Source: an archaeon (GTDB lineage: Archaea > Iainarchaeota > Iainarchaeia > Iainarchaeales > JAAZKV01). From it: a stretch of 64,000 nucleotides of DNA. Below the pieces are notes generated by a model. The model was not told where the DNA came from, did not search any database, and saw only the letters and a program-made list of their open reading frames with translations. How positions within the stretch are numbered: the first letter of the stretch is position 1; each line of letters starts with the position of its first letter. This document shows, piece by piece, positions 27,255 to 35,908 of this stretch. The translations under genes and the position numbers were made by a program. Location of the stretch: NCBI GenBank assembly GCA_041661245.1, contig JBAZUY010000001.1, positions 678,876 through 742,875 on the forward strand, in the 5' to 3' direction.

Positions 27255-27632
27255 ATGACAAAAATACTTAGTTTCTCTTTGAGTGAAGATTTCAATAGTC
27301 AACTTTGTGAAATTCAAAAAACTTATAATTTTTCAGGAAGAAGCGAAACTATGCGTGCAGCAATAAGGGCGCTTGTGAAAGAAAATGAAGCTATTTCAAA
27401 ACTCAAGGGGAAAGTAAGCGTGATTTTGGTTTTAACGCATGCTCACGAGAGCGATGTTGCAAAGTTGGTTCACAAACATGAAGGGCTAGTTGTAACTCAT
27501 ATTCATCAACATGTAAAAGATAGGTGTGTGGAAATATTCATGCTTAAAGGGGCCGCTAAACAGGTTAAAGAAATATTTCAAACCGTTTCAAAAACAAAAG
27601 GGGTATTTGAGGTAAAACTAGTCACAGTATGA
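27255..27632 (+). CDS. nikR: NikR-like metal-responsive ribbon-helix-helix regulator
   Basis: N-terminal RHH LSFSLSEDFNSQLCEI...GRSETMRAAIRALV. The C-terminal metal-binding domain has VILVLTHAHESD, HIHQH and CVEIFMLKG. It is divergent from the ZIP gene. Confidence 0.7.
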   Translation: MTKILSFSLSEDFNSQLCEIQKTYNFSGRSETMRAAIRALVKENEAISKLKGKVSVILVLTHAHESDVAKLVHKHEGLVVTHIHQHVKDRCVEIFMLKGAAKQVKEIFQTVSKTKGVFEVKLVTV

Positions 27633-27639
27633 ACAAAAC

Positions 27640-27685
27640 ACGTCAATTGTCGTATTTAACTTCGTCTTTTAGAAAGGTTTTTAAA
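27640..27685 (+). promoter_or_regulatory. Conserved 46-bp intergenic element, copy B
   Basis: ACGTCAATTGTCGTAtttaACTTCGtcTTTTAGAaAGGTTTTTAaA starts 8 nt after the nikR-like stop codon and lies upstream of the HMGS operon. Confidence 0.6.
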
Positions 27686-27847
27686 TTAGGGCGACGAGAA
27701 ATTGTTTATCGAGTGCCTAACTTGAAAAATCGGGTTAGTGCTTAGTTTTTTATTCAAAGGAAACGTTAAATTTGTTATAAGTCCTAGTGATGAGACGCAG
27801 AAGTGGAATAAAATAGTTATTGACAAAAAATTTATTGGTTGATTTTT

Positions 27848-28888
27848 ATGAGTGGAATTGTTGGATGGGGGGCGTATATCCCTAAGTATAGAATTACTGC
27901 AGAATCCATTGCCCAAGTACAAAATGCTGATGCTGATGCAATTAAAGCTGGACTAGGTTTAACTGAAAAATCCGTTCCCGGAAAAGATGAAGACACAGCA
28001 ACTATTTCAGTTGCAGCAGCAAGAAATGCAATGAAGAGAGCGGAAATTAATAGAAAAGAAGTTGGCTCAGTTTATGTTGGAAGTGAATCTCACCCTTACG
28101 CAGTAAAACCAACAGCAAGTATTGTTGGAGAAGCACTTGATATTGGAAACAAATACATGGCTGTAGATACAGAGTTTGCATGCAAAGCAGGAAGTGCAAC
28201 AATTCAAATTAACGCTGGACTAGTTGATTCTAAAATGATTAAATACGGATTAAGTATTGGTGCAGACACTTCACAAGCAGAACCCGGTAATGCACTTGAA
28301 TATAGTGCGGCAGCAGGCGGAGCAGCATTTGTAATCGGGCCAAATGAAGAATCAGTTGCAATACTTGAATCAACAGTTTCATTTACAACAGATACTCCAG
28401 ATTTTTGGAGAAGAGCAATGCAAGAATATCCTTCCCACGCAGGAAGATTTACTGGAGAACCAGCTTATTTCAAACATGTTGTTAGTGCAACAAAAATGAT
28501 GCTAGAAAAAAGTGGAATGCAAATGAAAGATTTCAAATACGTAGTATTCCACATGCCTAACGGAAAATTTCCACTTAGAGTTGCAAAAATATTTGGAGTA
28601 ACAAAAGAACAAATCGAACCAGGGTTAGTTGTAACAAAAATTGGAAACACGTATTCAGGTTCTTCAATCTTAGGACTTGCAAGTGTACTTGATGTTGCAA
28701 AACCAGGTGACAAAATATTGGTTACAAGTTACGGATCTGGATCAGGAAGTGATTCATTTATTTTTACTTGCACTGAAAAAATAACAAAAGCACAAAACAA
28801 AGCAAAAAAAGTAAATGATTACATTGCAAGAAAAGAATACATTTCATACGCGCAATACTTAAAACACATGGAAGGGATTCACCAATGA
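27848..28888 (+). CDS. HMG-CoA synthase (archaeal type)
   Basis: MSGIVGWGAYIPKYRI, VGSESHPYAVKP, FACKAGS and GNTYSGS. This is the archaeal HMGS/condensing-enzyme pattern. Confidence 0.85.
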   Translation: MSGIVGWGAYIPKYRITAESIAQVQNADADAIKAGLGLTEKSVPGKDEDTATISVAAARNAMKRAEINRKEVGSVYVGSESHPYAVKPTASIVGEALDIGNKYMAVDTEFACKAGSATIQINAGLVDSKMIKYGLSIGADTSQAEPGNALEYSAAAGGAAFVIGPNEESVAILESTVSFTTDTPDFWRRAMQEYPSHAGRFTGEPAYFKHVVSATKMMLEKSGMQMKDFKYVVFHMPNGKFPLRVAKIFGVTKEQIEPGLVVTKIGNTYSGSSILGLASVLDVAKPGDKILVTSYGSGSGSDSFIFTCTEKITKAQNKAKKVNDYIARKEYISYAQYLKHMEGIHQ

Positions 28889-29382
28889 AACGCAAAGTAT
28901 TAACATTGACTCATCCTTCAATACAAGACGCATTAAAGGGTGTGGAAACTGCTCGCAATAAAAGTATGTGGAAAGCGTTTAAGGACGCGTTTAAGAAAAG
29001 TTGGCACGCAAGAGATTTTACTGCTGCTAATGGTCCAATTAATGCGGTGCTAAAAGTTAGAGTTGGCGCAAAGGTTGCGGTAGGACACGTTGGAAAAGTA
29101 ATAGCTTACGAAGCTTTCCGAGACAAAGCTCTTCTTACTCAGTTAAAAGATTTGAAAAAAGAAGGATGGACTCATATTACAGTTGACAAAAAAGGACAAC
29201 CAATTCTCGAGAAATTAAGTATGCCTACCGATTACATGTTCTCTGGGCCCAATACAATGCATGCTAATCTGCACCACATTCCAATAAGCAATATACTTGC
29301 TTGGGCTGAGGACTTTAAAGGATCAAAAATCAGAGACGGACTTGCAGCGGCAGGAACCCCAATAGGATTCAAAAAACCGTAA
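28885..29382 (+). CDS. Hypothetical protein (165 aa) inserted between HMGS and thiolase
   Basis: The start overlaps the HMGS stop (ATGA). No recognised motif. Basic N-terminus MKRKVLTLTHPS. Confidence 0.55.
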   Translation: MKRKVLTLTHPSIQDALKGVETARNKSMWKAFKDAFKKSWHARDFTAANGPINAVLKVRVGAKVAVGHVGKVIAYEAFRDKALLTQLKDLKKEGWTHITVDKKGQPILEKLSMPTDYMFSGPNTMHANLHHIPISNILAWAEDFKGSKIRDGLAAAGTPIGFKKP

Positions 29383-29423
29383 ATAAAATTTTGTAAAAAT
29401 AAAAAATGAAAAAAGGGATGTTT

Positions 29424-30578
29424 ATGAAAGTTGGAGTACTAGGAATAGGAATAACAAAATTCGGCGAAATATGGGAACAATCCATGCGCGACTTGTTACT
29501 TGACGCACAACTACGTGCACTAAATGATGCGAAAATAAATGCAAAACAAATAGATGCACTTTATACTGGAAACATGTGCGGAGATTCACTCAGCGGGCAA
29601 TTACATGTTGGAAGTATGGCTGCAGAAAATTTAAACTTAGACAAACCAAGTGTGAGAGTAGAAGGAGCATGTGCATCTGGTTCACTTGCATTAAGACAAG
29701 GAGTTCACGCAATTGAAGCTGGAGAAGCAGATATTGTAATGGTGAGCGGAGTAGAAAAAATGACGGATGTTTCAACAGAACAAGTAACAACTGCACTAAT
29801 GGGTGCAGGGGATGAAGAACTTGAGGGATTTAATGGATTAACTTTCCCAGGGCTTTATGCATTACTAGCAAACGCTTACATGAAAGAATATGGATTGAGT
29901 AGAGAAGTTTTAGCAGAAGTATCTGTAAAGAACCACTTCCACGGAGCAAGAAATCCATACGCACAATTTCAAAGCGAAATAACAGTTGATACAGTACTTA
30001 ATTCAACAATGGTTGCAGACCCATTGACATTATTTGATTGTTCTCCAATAACAGATGGGGCAGCAACAATAATTATTGCAAGCGAAAAAACTGCTAAAAA
30101 AATGGGAAGCGAAGTTTACATTACTGGATCTGGTCTTGCAACGGATACACTTTCGCTAGCAAGAAGAAAATCATTACTTAGACTTGACGCAGGAATAACT
30201 GCAAGAGAAAGAGCTTTTGCTCAAGCAGGAATCACTTCAAAAGATATGGACTTTGCAGAAGTACACGATTGTTTTTCAATTGCAGAAATTTATGCAGTTG
30301 AAGCACTTGGAATTGCTAAACAAGGAGAAGCAGCACAACTTTATACTTCAAAACAAACATACTTTGATGGAAAACACCCTGTTAATACTTCAGGCGGACT
30401 AAAAGCATGCGGACACCCTGTAGCAGCAACAGGAGTAAAACAAGCAGTAGAAGCAACAATGCAATTACGAGGAGAAGCAGGAAAAAGACAAGTAAAAGAC
30501 GCAGAAATTGGAGTAACATATAATGTTGGTGGATCAGGCGGAACAGCTTGTGTACACGTATTTAAGAAAATGAAATGA
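29424..30578 (+). CDS. Acetyl-CoA acetyltransferase (archaeal thiolase)
   Basis: MKVGVLGIGITKFGE, VEGACASGSLAL, the HDCFSIAE region and GGLKACGHPVAATG. The track starts 18 nt earlier, at 29406. Confidence 0.85.
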   Translation: MKVGVLGIGITKFGEIWEQSMRDLLLDAQLRALNDAKINAKQIDALYTGNMCGDSLSGQLHVGSMAAENLNLDKPSVRVEGACASGSLALRQGVHAIEAGEADIVMVSGVEKMTDVSTEQVTTALMGAGDEELEGFNGLTFPGLYALLANAYMKEYGLSREVLAEVSVKNHFHGARNPYAQFQSEITVDTVLNSTMVADPLTLFDCSPITDGAATIIIASEKTAKKMGSEVYITGSGLATDTLSLARRKSLLRLDAGITARERAFAQAGITSKDMDFAEVHDCFSIAEIYAVEALGIAKQGEAAQLYTSKQTYFDGKHPVNTSGGLKACGHPVAATGVKQAVEATMQLRGEAGKRQVKDAEIGVTYNVGGSGGTACVHVFKKMK

Positions 30579-30619
30579 TTAATTAGTAATTGAATTATAT
30601 TTAGTGTAAGGGTGGAAAC

Positions 30620-30820
30620 ATGACAGGATTGATGGAAAAGTTGAAGAATTTGTTTGGAGGAAACTCAAAGGACAAATACGAACACGAAGTTCCAAGAAGA
30701 CTTGAAGTCAAAAAAGAAGAAGTTGCGACTGAAGAGTTCACTCCAAGATACAAATTAGCAAGACAACAAAGAGAAGATAGAGAAATAGATACTCCAATAG
30801 TTAAAAGAAAAAGATTTTAG
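30620..30820 (+). CDS. Small highly charged protein (66 aa) between thiolase and DUF35
   Basis: ORF preceded by the SD-like GGGTGG. Mixed-charge sequence with no motif. Confidence 0.4.
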   Translation: MTGLMEKLKNLFGGNSKDKYEHEVPRRLEVKKEEVATEEFTPRYKLARQQREDREIDTPIVKRKRF

Positions 30821-30866
30821 GAATTAATTTTAGTAAAGTAGAAAAAAAATAAAGAAGGGAAATGCA

Positions 30867-31265
30867 ATGTTTAGAGAAAGTCCAATAATCAGATGGAGAA
30901 GTTACGGCGACCATTACAGGTTGAAAGGATATCAATGCGCTAAATGCAAAGCAACTTTTTTTGAAAAGAAAGGTTTGTGCACTTGCGGAAGCTTGGAATT
31001 CAACGAAATTGATTTCTCAGGAAACGGAAAAATCATTGCATTCACACAAATTCATTCAGGCCCTGAAGTATTTGAAAATAAATCACCATATTGTGTTGCA
31101 CTAATTGATTTAGAAGAGGGGGCAAGAATTGAAGCCCAAGTAATGGACTGCAAATTTGAGGACCTTAAAGCAGGAATGGAAGTAGAAGCAGTGTTTAGAA
31201 AATTCTACTCAAGCGGAGAAAAAGGAGTAATACACTACGGAACAAAATTTATTCCAAAATTTTAA
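30867..31265 (+). CDS. DUF35 OB-fold / zinc-ribbon protein (scaffold of the archaeal thiolase-HMGS complex)
   Basis: Zinc ribbon YQCAKCKATFFEKKGLCTCGS followed by an OB-fold-like segment GKIIAFTQIH...YCVALIDLEEGARI. Confidence 0.8.
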   Translation: MFRESPIIRWRSYGDHYRLKGYQCAKCKATFFEKKGLCTCGSLEFNEIDFSGNGKIIAFTQIHSGPEVFENKSPYCVALIDLEEGARIEAQVMDCKFEDLKAGMEVEAVFRKFYSSGEKGVIHYGTKFIPKF

Positions 31266-31283
31266 TTTTTTAGGGGCATAGAA

Positions 31284-31547
31284 ATGGATTTTAACACAGT
31301 GAAAAACACTGTTATTCGAACATTCGTTGCACTAATCTTATTCTTCATAGTGTACCTCCCGCTATTTGCCACAACCACTTGCACATGTGTAAGCAATACT
31401 TGTGCAAAAGGAGAAATGAGAGGATTCTTTTTATGCAATGCATGCAATTGCCTCCCAGTAACCGACGCATTAATTCAATTTTTTATATTTGGAGTAGTTC
31501 CATTTTCAATATTCTATTTAGTGGCCTACTTTTTCATTAGAGAATAA
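31284..31547 (+). CDS. Small two-TM membrane protein with a Cys-rich loop (87 aa)
   Basis: TM helices FVALILFFIVYLPLFA and FFIFGVVPFSIFYLVAYFF flank CTCVSNTCAKGEMRGFFLCNACNC, which holds 6 Cys in 24 residues. Confidence 0.5.
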   Translation: MDFNTVKNTVIRTFVALILFFIVYLPLFATTTCTCVSNTCAKGEMRGFFLCNACNCLPVTDALIQFFIFGVVPFSIFYLVAYFFIRE

Positions 31548-31559
31548 GTTCAACGTACG

Positions 31560-31571
31560 CTAAATATTTAG
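31560..31571 (+). promoter_or_regulatory. Palindromic TATA-like box ahead of the radical-SAM operon
   Basis: CTAAATATTTAG lies 36-47 nt upstream of ATG 31607. Confidence 0.4.
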
Positions 31572-31606
31572 TATTGTTTTCAACAAGAAGATATTAATAA
31601 GCCTAA

Positions 31607-32275
31607 ATGAGTACCTTTTATATGCCTAAATCAAATTTTTGCATTGTCCTTCCTACTCTTAATGAAGAGAAAGGAATTGCTCAAATGATAAAAGAAGTTC
31701 GCAGATATTTTAACGGAGAAATTATTGTTGCAGATGATGGCTCGGTTGATTCTACTTTAAAGCATGCAAAAACTCAAGATGTAACTATTTTGGACAGAAA
31801 AAATGCTGCAATTCAGGGGTTGATTGCTTCAGTAATTGACTCAGCAAATCTAACAAAAGCAAAATATGTTATCGTAATGGACTCAGACTTTCAACACCCT
31901 GCAAGTGAAATTCCAAAAATTATTAACAAAATGAAAAACAACGACTTAGTAATTTGTTATCGAAGTTCTTTAACTGGCTTAAGCTTCTTGCGAGCAATTG
32001 TCTCACTCCTAGCTTCAGGTTTAGCATATGCTAGACTTGGTAAAAAATTTCAAGATCCATTGTCAGGATATTTTTGTGTAAAAAGAGGACTACTTCAAAA
32101 ATTAGCTACGCAAACTAAAGAAAAACGCGGGTTCAAAGTACTATTTGAACTCCTCAAAAATAACCCAAACTGTAAAATTGCTTATCATGAATATGATTTT
32201 GCCTTAAGAAAATATGGAGTAAGTAAGCTAAATTTGCGACAAATCGGGTACTTTCTTAAGGCTATTTTCAGCTAA
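31607..32275 (+). CDS. Family 2 glycosyltransferase (polyprenyl/dolichyl-phosphate glycosyltransferase-like)
   Basis: CIVLPTLNEEKGI, VADDGSVDST and VMDSDFQHP (DxD region). Confidence 0.75.
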   Translation: MSTFYMPKSNFCIVLPTLNEEKGIAQMIKEVRRYFNGEIIVADDGSVDSTLKHAKTQDVTILDRKNAAIQGLIASVIDSANLTKAKYVIVMDSDFQHPASEIPKIINKMKNNDLVICYRSSLTGLSFLRAIVSLLASGLAYARLGKKFQDPLSGYFCVKRGLLQKLATQTKEKRGFKVLFELLKNNPNCKIAYHEYDFALRKYGVSKLNLRQIGYFLKAIFS

Positions 32276-32306
32276 ATTCTATTAGAAAAACGTGGTGGGT
32301 TGAAGA

Positions 32307-33275
32307 ATGAAACTAGACAAAATGCTATCTAGCGGAACATCAGTAATATTAGCCAAATTTTTAGGAAAAAAAGTCCCTCTCGCCGTGGGGTGGGAATTAA
32401 CTCACAAATGCAATCACACTTGCAAATACTGTATAACTTGCAACAAATTCAACAACGAACTTACAACTAAACAAATCTTCAAAATTGTGGACGAACTCAA
32501 AGAAATGGGTTGCCAAGTAATCGGATACACCGGAGGAGAAGCTCTTCTAAGAAACGACTTAAAACAAATAATTCATTACACAAAAAAGAAAGGAATCTAT
32601 GTAATGCTAACAACAAACGGCGGATTAGTTCCTGAAAAAATAAATGACATACTTGAAGTTGACAATGTACAATTAACATTAGATGGTCCAAAAAGAATTA
32701 ATGATTTACAACGTGAAAAAGGAATGTATGACGAGACAATAAAAGCAATAAAAATCTTTAAAGAAAACTCCATCAAAACTACACTCAACTGTGTTATAAC
32801 AAAATACAATCAAGATCATGTTCCGCAAATACTTGCTGAAGCAGAAGAACTGGGAGTGTCCATAGCTTTCCAACCAGTTGCAAAAAACCTTAAGCAATTA
32901 GTTCCAGATGCAAAGAAATACCGAAAAGCACTTGACTACTTGATTTCTGAAAAAGAAAACGGAAACAAAAATCTGAATCAATCAATCTCAATTCTAAAAC
33001 ATATTTCAAGGTGGCCTAATGAAAGTCCAATAACTTGTGCTGCTGGAATAATTTATTGCAGAATTGATCCTGAAGGATATGTTGCGCCATGCAATATGAT
33101 TTATCAAGAATCAAAAGTTAACGAACTTAATGCTGCAAAGGTTGGTTTCAAAAACGCATTCAATAATTTGCCTAAAATGGATTGTAAAGAATGCTGGCAT
33201 CATTCGAGACTAGACTTAAACTTCATATACAACTTTGACATTAATACAATACTAAGCGTGGCAAAACATCAATGA
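32307..33275 (+). CDS. Radical SAM protein with a SPASM/twitch-type C-terminal Cys cluster (paralog 1)
   Basis: CNHTCKYC (CxxxCxxC) and GYTGGEALL. C-terminal CAAGIIYCRIDPEGYVAPC ... CKECWHHS. Confidence 0.8.
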   Translation: MKLDKMLSSGTSVILAKFLGKKVPLAVGWELTHKCNHTCKYCITCNKFNNELTTKQIFKIVDELKEMGCQVIGYTGGEALLRNDLKQIIHYTKKKGIYVMLTTNGGLVPEKINDILEVDNVQLTLDGPKRINDLQREKGMYDETIKAIKIFKENSIKTTLNCVITKYNQDHVPQILAEAEELGVSIAFQPVAKNLKQLVPDAKKYRKALDYLISEKENGNKNLNQSISILKHISRWPNESPITCAAGIIYCRIDPEGYVAPCNMIYQESKVNELNAAKVGFKNAFNNLPKMDCKECWHHSRLDLNFIYNFDINTILSVAKHQ

Positions 33276-33284
33276 GGCAACCCT

Positions 33285-34712
33285 ATGAAAATCACATTCA
33301 TTTACCCTCCATTTAAGCACAAGAGGTTTAATGAAAACGTTGCGGTAGTAGATGAAGAATTTGGATTATACCAACCAATCGGATTAGCATATGCTGCAGC
33401 AATATATAGAAATCTGGGTGCGCAAGTTGACTTAATTGATGCAAATGCATTAAAACTGACTAAAGAAATCGTTCTTGAAAAACTAAAAACTCAAAAACCA
33501 GACATATTGTCATTTGACCTTCACTCAGCTTACACTTTTTTTGATAATCTTGAATGGATAAAATATTTCAAAGACAACTTAGGCTACAAAGTAATAATTC
33601 TTGTTGGCGGATTTAATTTCAACCTTTATCCAAGCGAAGTAATGTACCACAAAGAGATAGACTTCGGTCTTTTAGGGCAAGCAAACACTACAGCAAAACA
33701 ATTCATGCAATTCTTTGAAAAGAAAACTAGCCCAAGGAAGATACAAGGGTTAGTTTATAGAAAAAATGGAAAAGTAATAATCAACAAACAACCAGAAATG
33801 TTTTGCAACCTCGAAGAACTACCTTTCCCTGCAAGAGACTTAATACCAATGGACAAATACTACTCCTTCATCTCAGGAAGGAAAAATTTTACAGTAATGC
33901 TTTCTCAAATTGGATGTCCATTTAGGTGTAATTTTTGTGCTATTGCAAAAGTTCCTTTCAAGCAGCGCTCTGCAAAAAGTGTTTTTGAGGAAATACTTGA
34001 ATGTTATAATAAATACAAAGTAAGAGAAATAGATTTTTTTGACGGAACATTCACTGCAAACAAAAAAGTAGTCATGGAACTATGTCAGCTAATAATTGAC
34101 TCAAAAATTGACATTGCTTGGAGTTGCAGAACAAGAATTGATAGAGTGGATGACGAACTCCTTTCAATAATGGCAAAAAGCGGATGCAAGAGAATATACT
34201 ACGGAATTGAATCCTCGGATGACAAAGTAATAATCAACATTTGCAAAGACATTACTATTAGTGGGGTAAAAGTAGCAATAGACAAAACTAGAAAATATAA
34301 AATTGCCCCACTTGGCTTCTTTATGATAGGCAATCCAGGAGATACTAAAGAAGGATTTATGAAAACAGTTGAACTTGCAAAATCACTCAACTTAGAGTAC
34401 GCGCAGTTTTCAAGAACAATTGCAAAACCAAAAACAGAGATAGATACAAAATTACAAGGAATAACCAAAAAGGATTATTGGAGTGATTACTTGCTTGGGA
34501 AAGTTGGCGAAGAAAGATTACCAAACCCTTGGTGTAATATTCCTGAAAGCGAGGTTGAACAATTAACTAAGAAAGCATACCTTTCATTTTACCTTAGACC
34601 AACTTACGTATTCAAACGAATTATTGGAATTAGGTCAGTTCATGAATTGTTGCGTTACATCAAAGCCGGATTTAAGATGATATTCTCAATGTTTAAGCAG
34701 GAGGACTTATAA
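33285..34712 (+). CDS. B12-binding-domain radical SAM protein (class B-like), paralog 1
   Basis: N-terminal Rossmann-like GLAYAAAIYRNLGAQVDLIDAN...PDILSFDLHS...ILVGG, then QIGCPFRCNFCAI. Confidence 0.75.
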   Translation: MKITFIYPPFKHKRFNENVAVVDEEFGLYQPIGLAYAAAIYRNLGAQVDLIDANALKLTKEIVLEKLKTQKPDILSFDLHSAYTFFDNLEWIKYFKDNLGYKVIILVGGFNFNLYPSEVMYHKEIDFGLLGQANTTAKQFMQFFEKKTSPRKIQGLVYRKNGKVIINKQPEMFCNLEELPFPARDLIPMDKYYSFISGRKNFTVMLSQIGCPFRCNFCAIAKVPFKQRSAKSVFEEILECYNKYKVREIDFFDGTFTANKKVVMELCQLIIDSKIDIAWSCRTRIDRVDDELLSIMAKSGCKRIYYGIESSDDKVIINICKDITISGVKVAIDKTRKYKIAPLGFFMIGNPGDTKEGFMKTVELAKSLNLEYAQFSRTIAKPKTEIDTKLQGITKKDYWSDYLLGKVGEERLPNPWCNIPESEVEQLTKKAYLSFYLRPTYVFKRIIGIRSVHELLRYIKAGFKMIFSMFKQEDL

Positions 34713-35908
34713 TGATCTGGCCTACAATTTCAAAAAGAAGAAATACTCCAACAATTAACTTGACAACCTGCATTTCTGATGTTTTACTTAAGAAAAAGGA
34801 TTACGTTTCAGATTTAGAAGAAGCATTTGCAAAGTTTTACGGTACAAAATATGCTTTTGCTACTGCAAGTGGTAGACAAGCAATGGAACTTGCCCTAAGA
34901 TCATTTAATCTCAAAGAGGGAGATGAAATTATTTTTCCAACCCTTACCTTCTATGTTCTGCCCTCCATTGTAAAAGAATTAGGATTTATCCCTGTCTTTG
35001 TTAATTGCAAAGAAGACTTCAATATTGATATTGAAGAACTAAAGACAAAGATAACTCCAAGAACAAAAGTAATAATTGCAACACATATTTTTGGAAAAGG
35101 CTGCCAAATTGACTCAATAATGAAAATTGCTCATTCTAATGAAATAAAAGTAATTGAAGATTGTGCGCACATACAAGGAACCACTTACAAGAACAAGCTT
35201 CTTGGAACATTTGGAGACGCTGCATTCTTTTCATTCCAAAATAGAAAACCAATAAACGCATTTGGAGGAGGAATGTTAATAACAAACAACAAACAAATCC
35301 ACAGTATTTCTAAAGACATAATTTCAAAACAAAATAACTCAAGATTAGCAATAGTTCCTCGCTTTTTACTTAACTATTTTGAGCTATTGATGACTAGTCG
35401 TTATTTTTATACTTTCCCAATTCTTTGGTGGAAAAGCAAGACGTATGGAAAATTTGTTTCAGACATTTACCAAAAAGTACATCATAAGAATGTAGATAAA
35501 AGAAAAAGATTCTCAAGACTTCAAGCGAGAATTGCACTAGAGCAATTCAACGCAGTAGAAAAAACTAATGAAAAAAGATTCAATCTGGCTAAAGATTACT
35601 CAAATAACTTAGCAGGTGTCAAAGACTTTACTCTTCCAAGAATAAGCAAAGGGGATAATAGTTTTTACTCTTTGGTTGCTCTTTCTAAACATGCTGATAA
35701 GCTGGGAAAAGATTTGTTTTCAAAAGGGATTGATGTAGGAACTGGTGAAATTGTTTTAAGAAACTGCGGCAAAATGTACGACCCAAAAGGAAATTACAAA
35801 AAAACTGAAGCTATTTTACAACACCTGGTTGAATTGCCAATGTACCAGCAATTAAGCAAAAAAGATATCCAAAAAATATGTTTCACAATAAAGGAAGTGC
35901 TAAAGTGA
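34712..35908 (+). CDS. DegT/DnrJ/EryC1/StrS-family PLP aminotransferase
   Basis: LEEAFAKFYGTKYAFATASGRQAMELALRS, ATHIFG, and SFQNRKPINAFGGG with the Lys in the expected place. Confidence 0.8.
   Translation: MIWPTISKRRNTPTINLTTCISDVLLKKKDYVSDLEEAFAKFYGTKYAFATASGRQAMELALRSFNLKEGDEIIFPTLTFYVLPSIVKELGFIPVFVNCKEDFNIDIEELKTKITPRTKVIIATHIFGKGCQIDSIMKIAHSNEIKVIEDCAHIQGTTYKNKLLGTFGDAAFFSFQNRKPINAFGGGMLITNNKQIHSISKDIISKQNNSRLAIVPRFLLNYFELLMTSRYFYTFPILWWKSKTYGKFVSDIYQKVHHKNVDKRKRFSRLQARIALEQFNAVEKTNEKRFNLAKDYSNNLAGVKDFTLPRISKGDNSFYSLVALSKHADKLGKDLFSKGIDVGTGEIVLRNCGKMYDPKGNYKKTEAILQHLVELPMYQQLSKKDIQKICFTIKEVLK

Noticed and set aside
27786-27847. GTGATGA (C-box-like) sequence in the long HMGS 5' region, considered as a C/D box sRNA.
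   Set aside because: There is no matching D box (CTGA) at a suitable distance, no C'/D' pair and no terminal stem.
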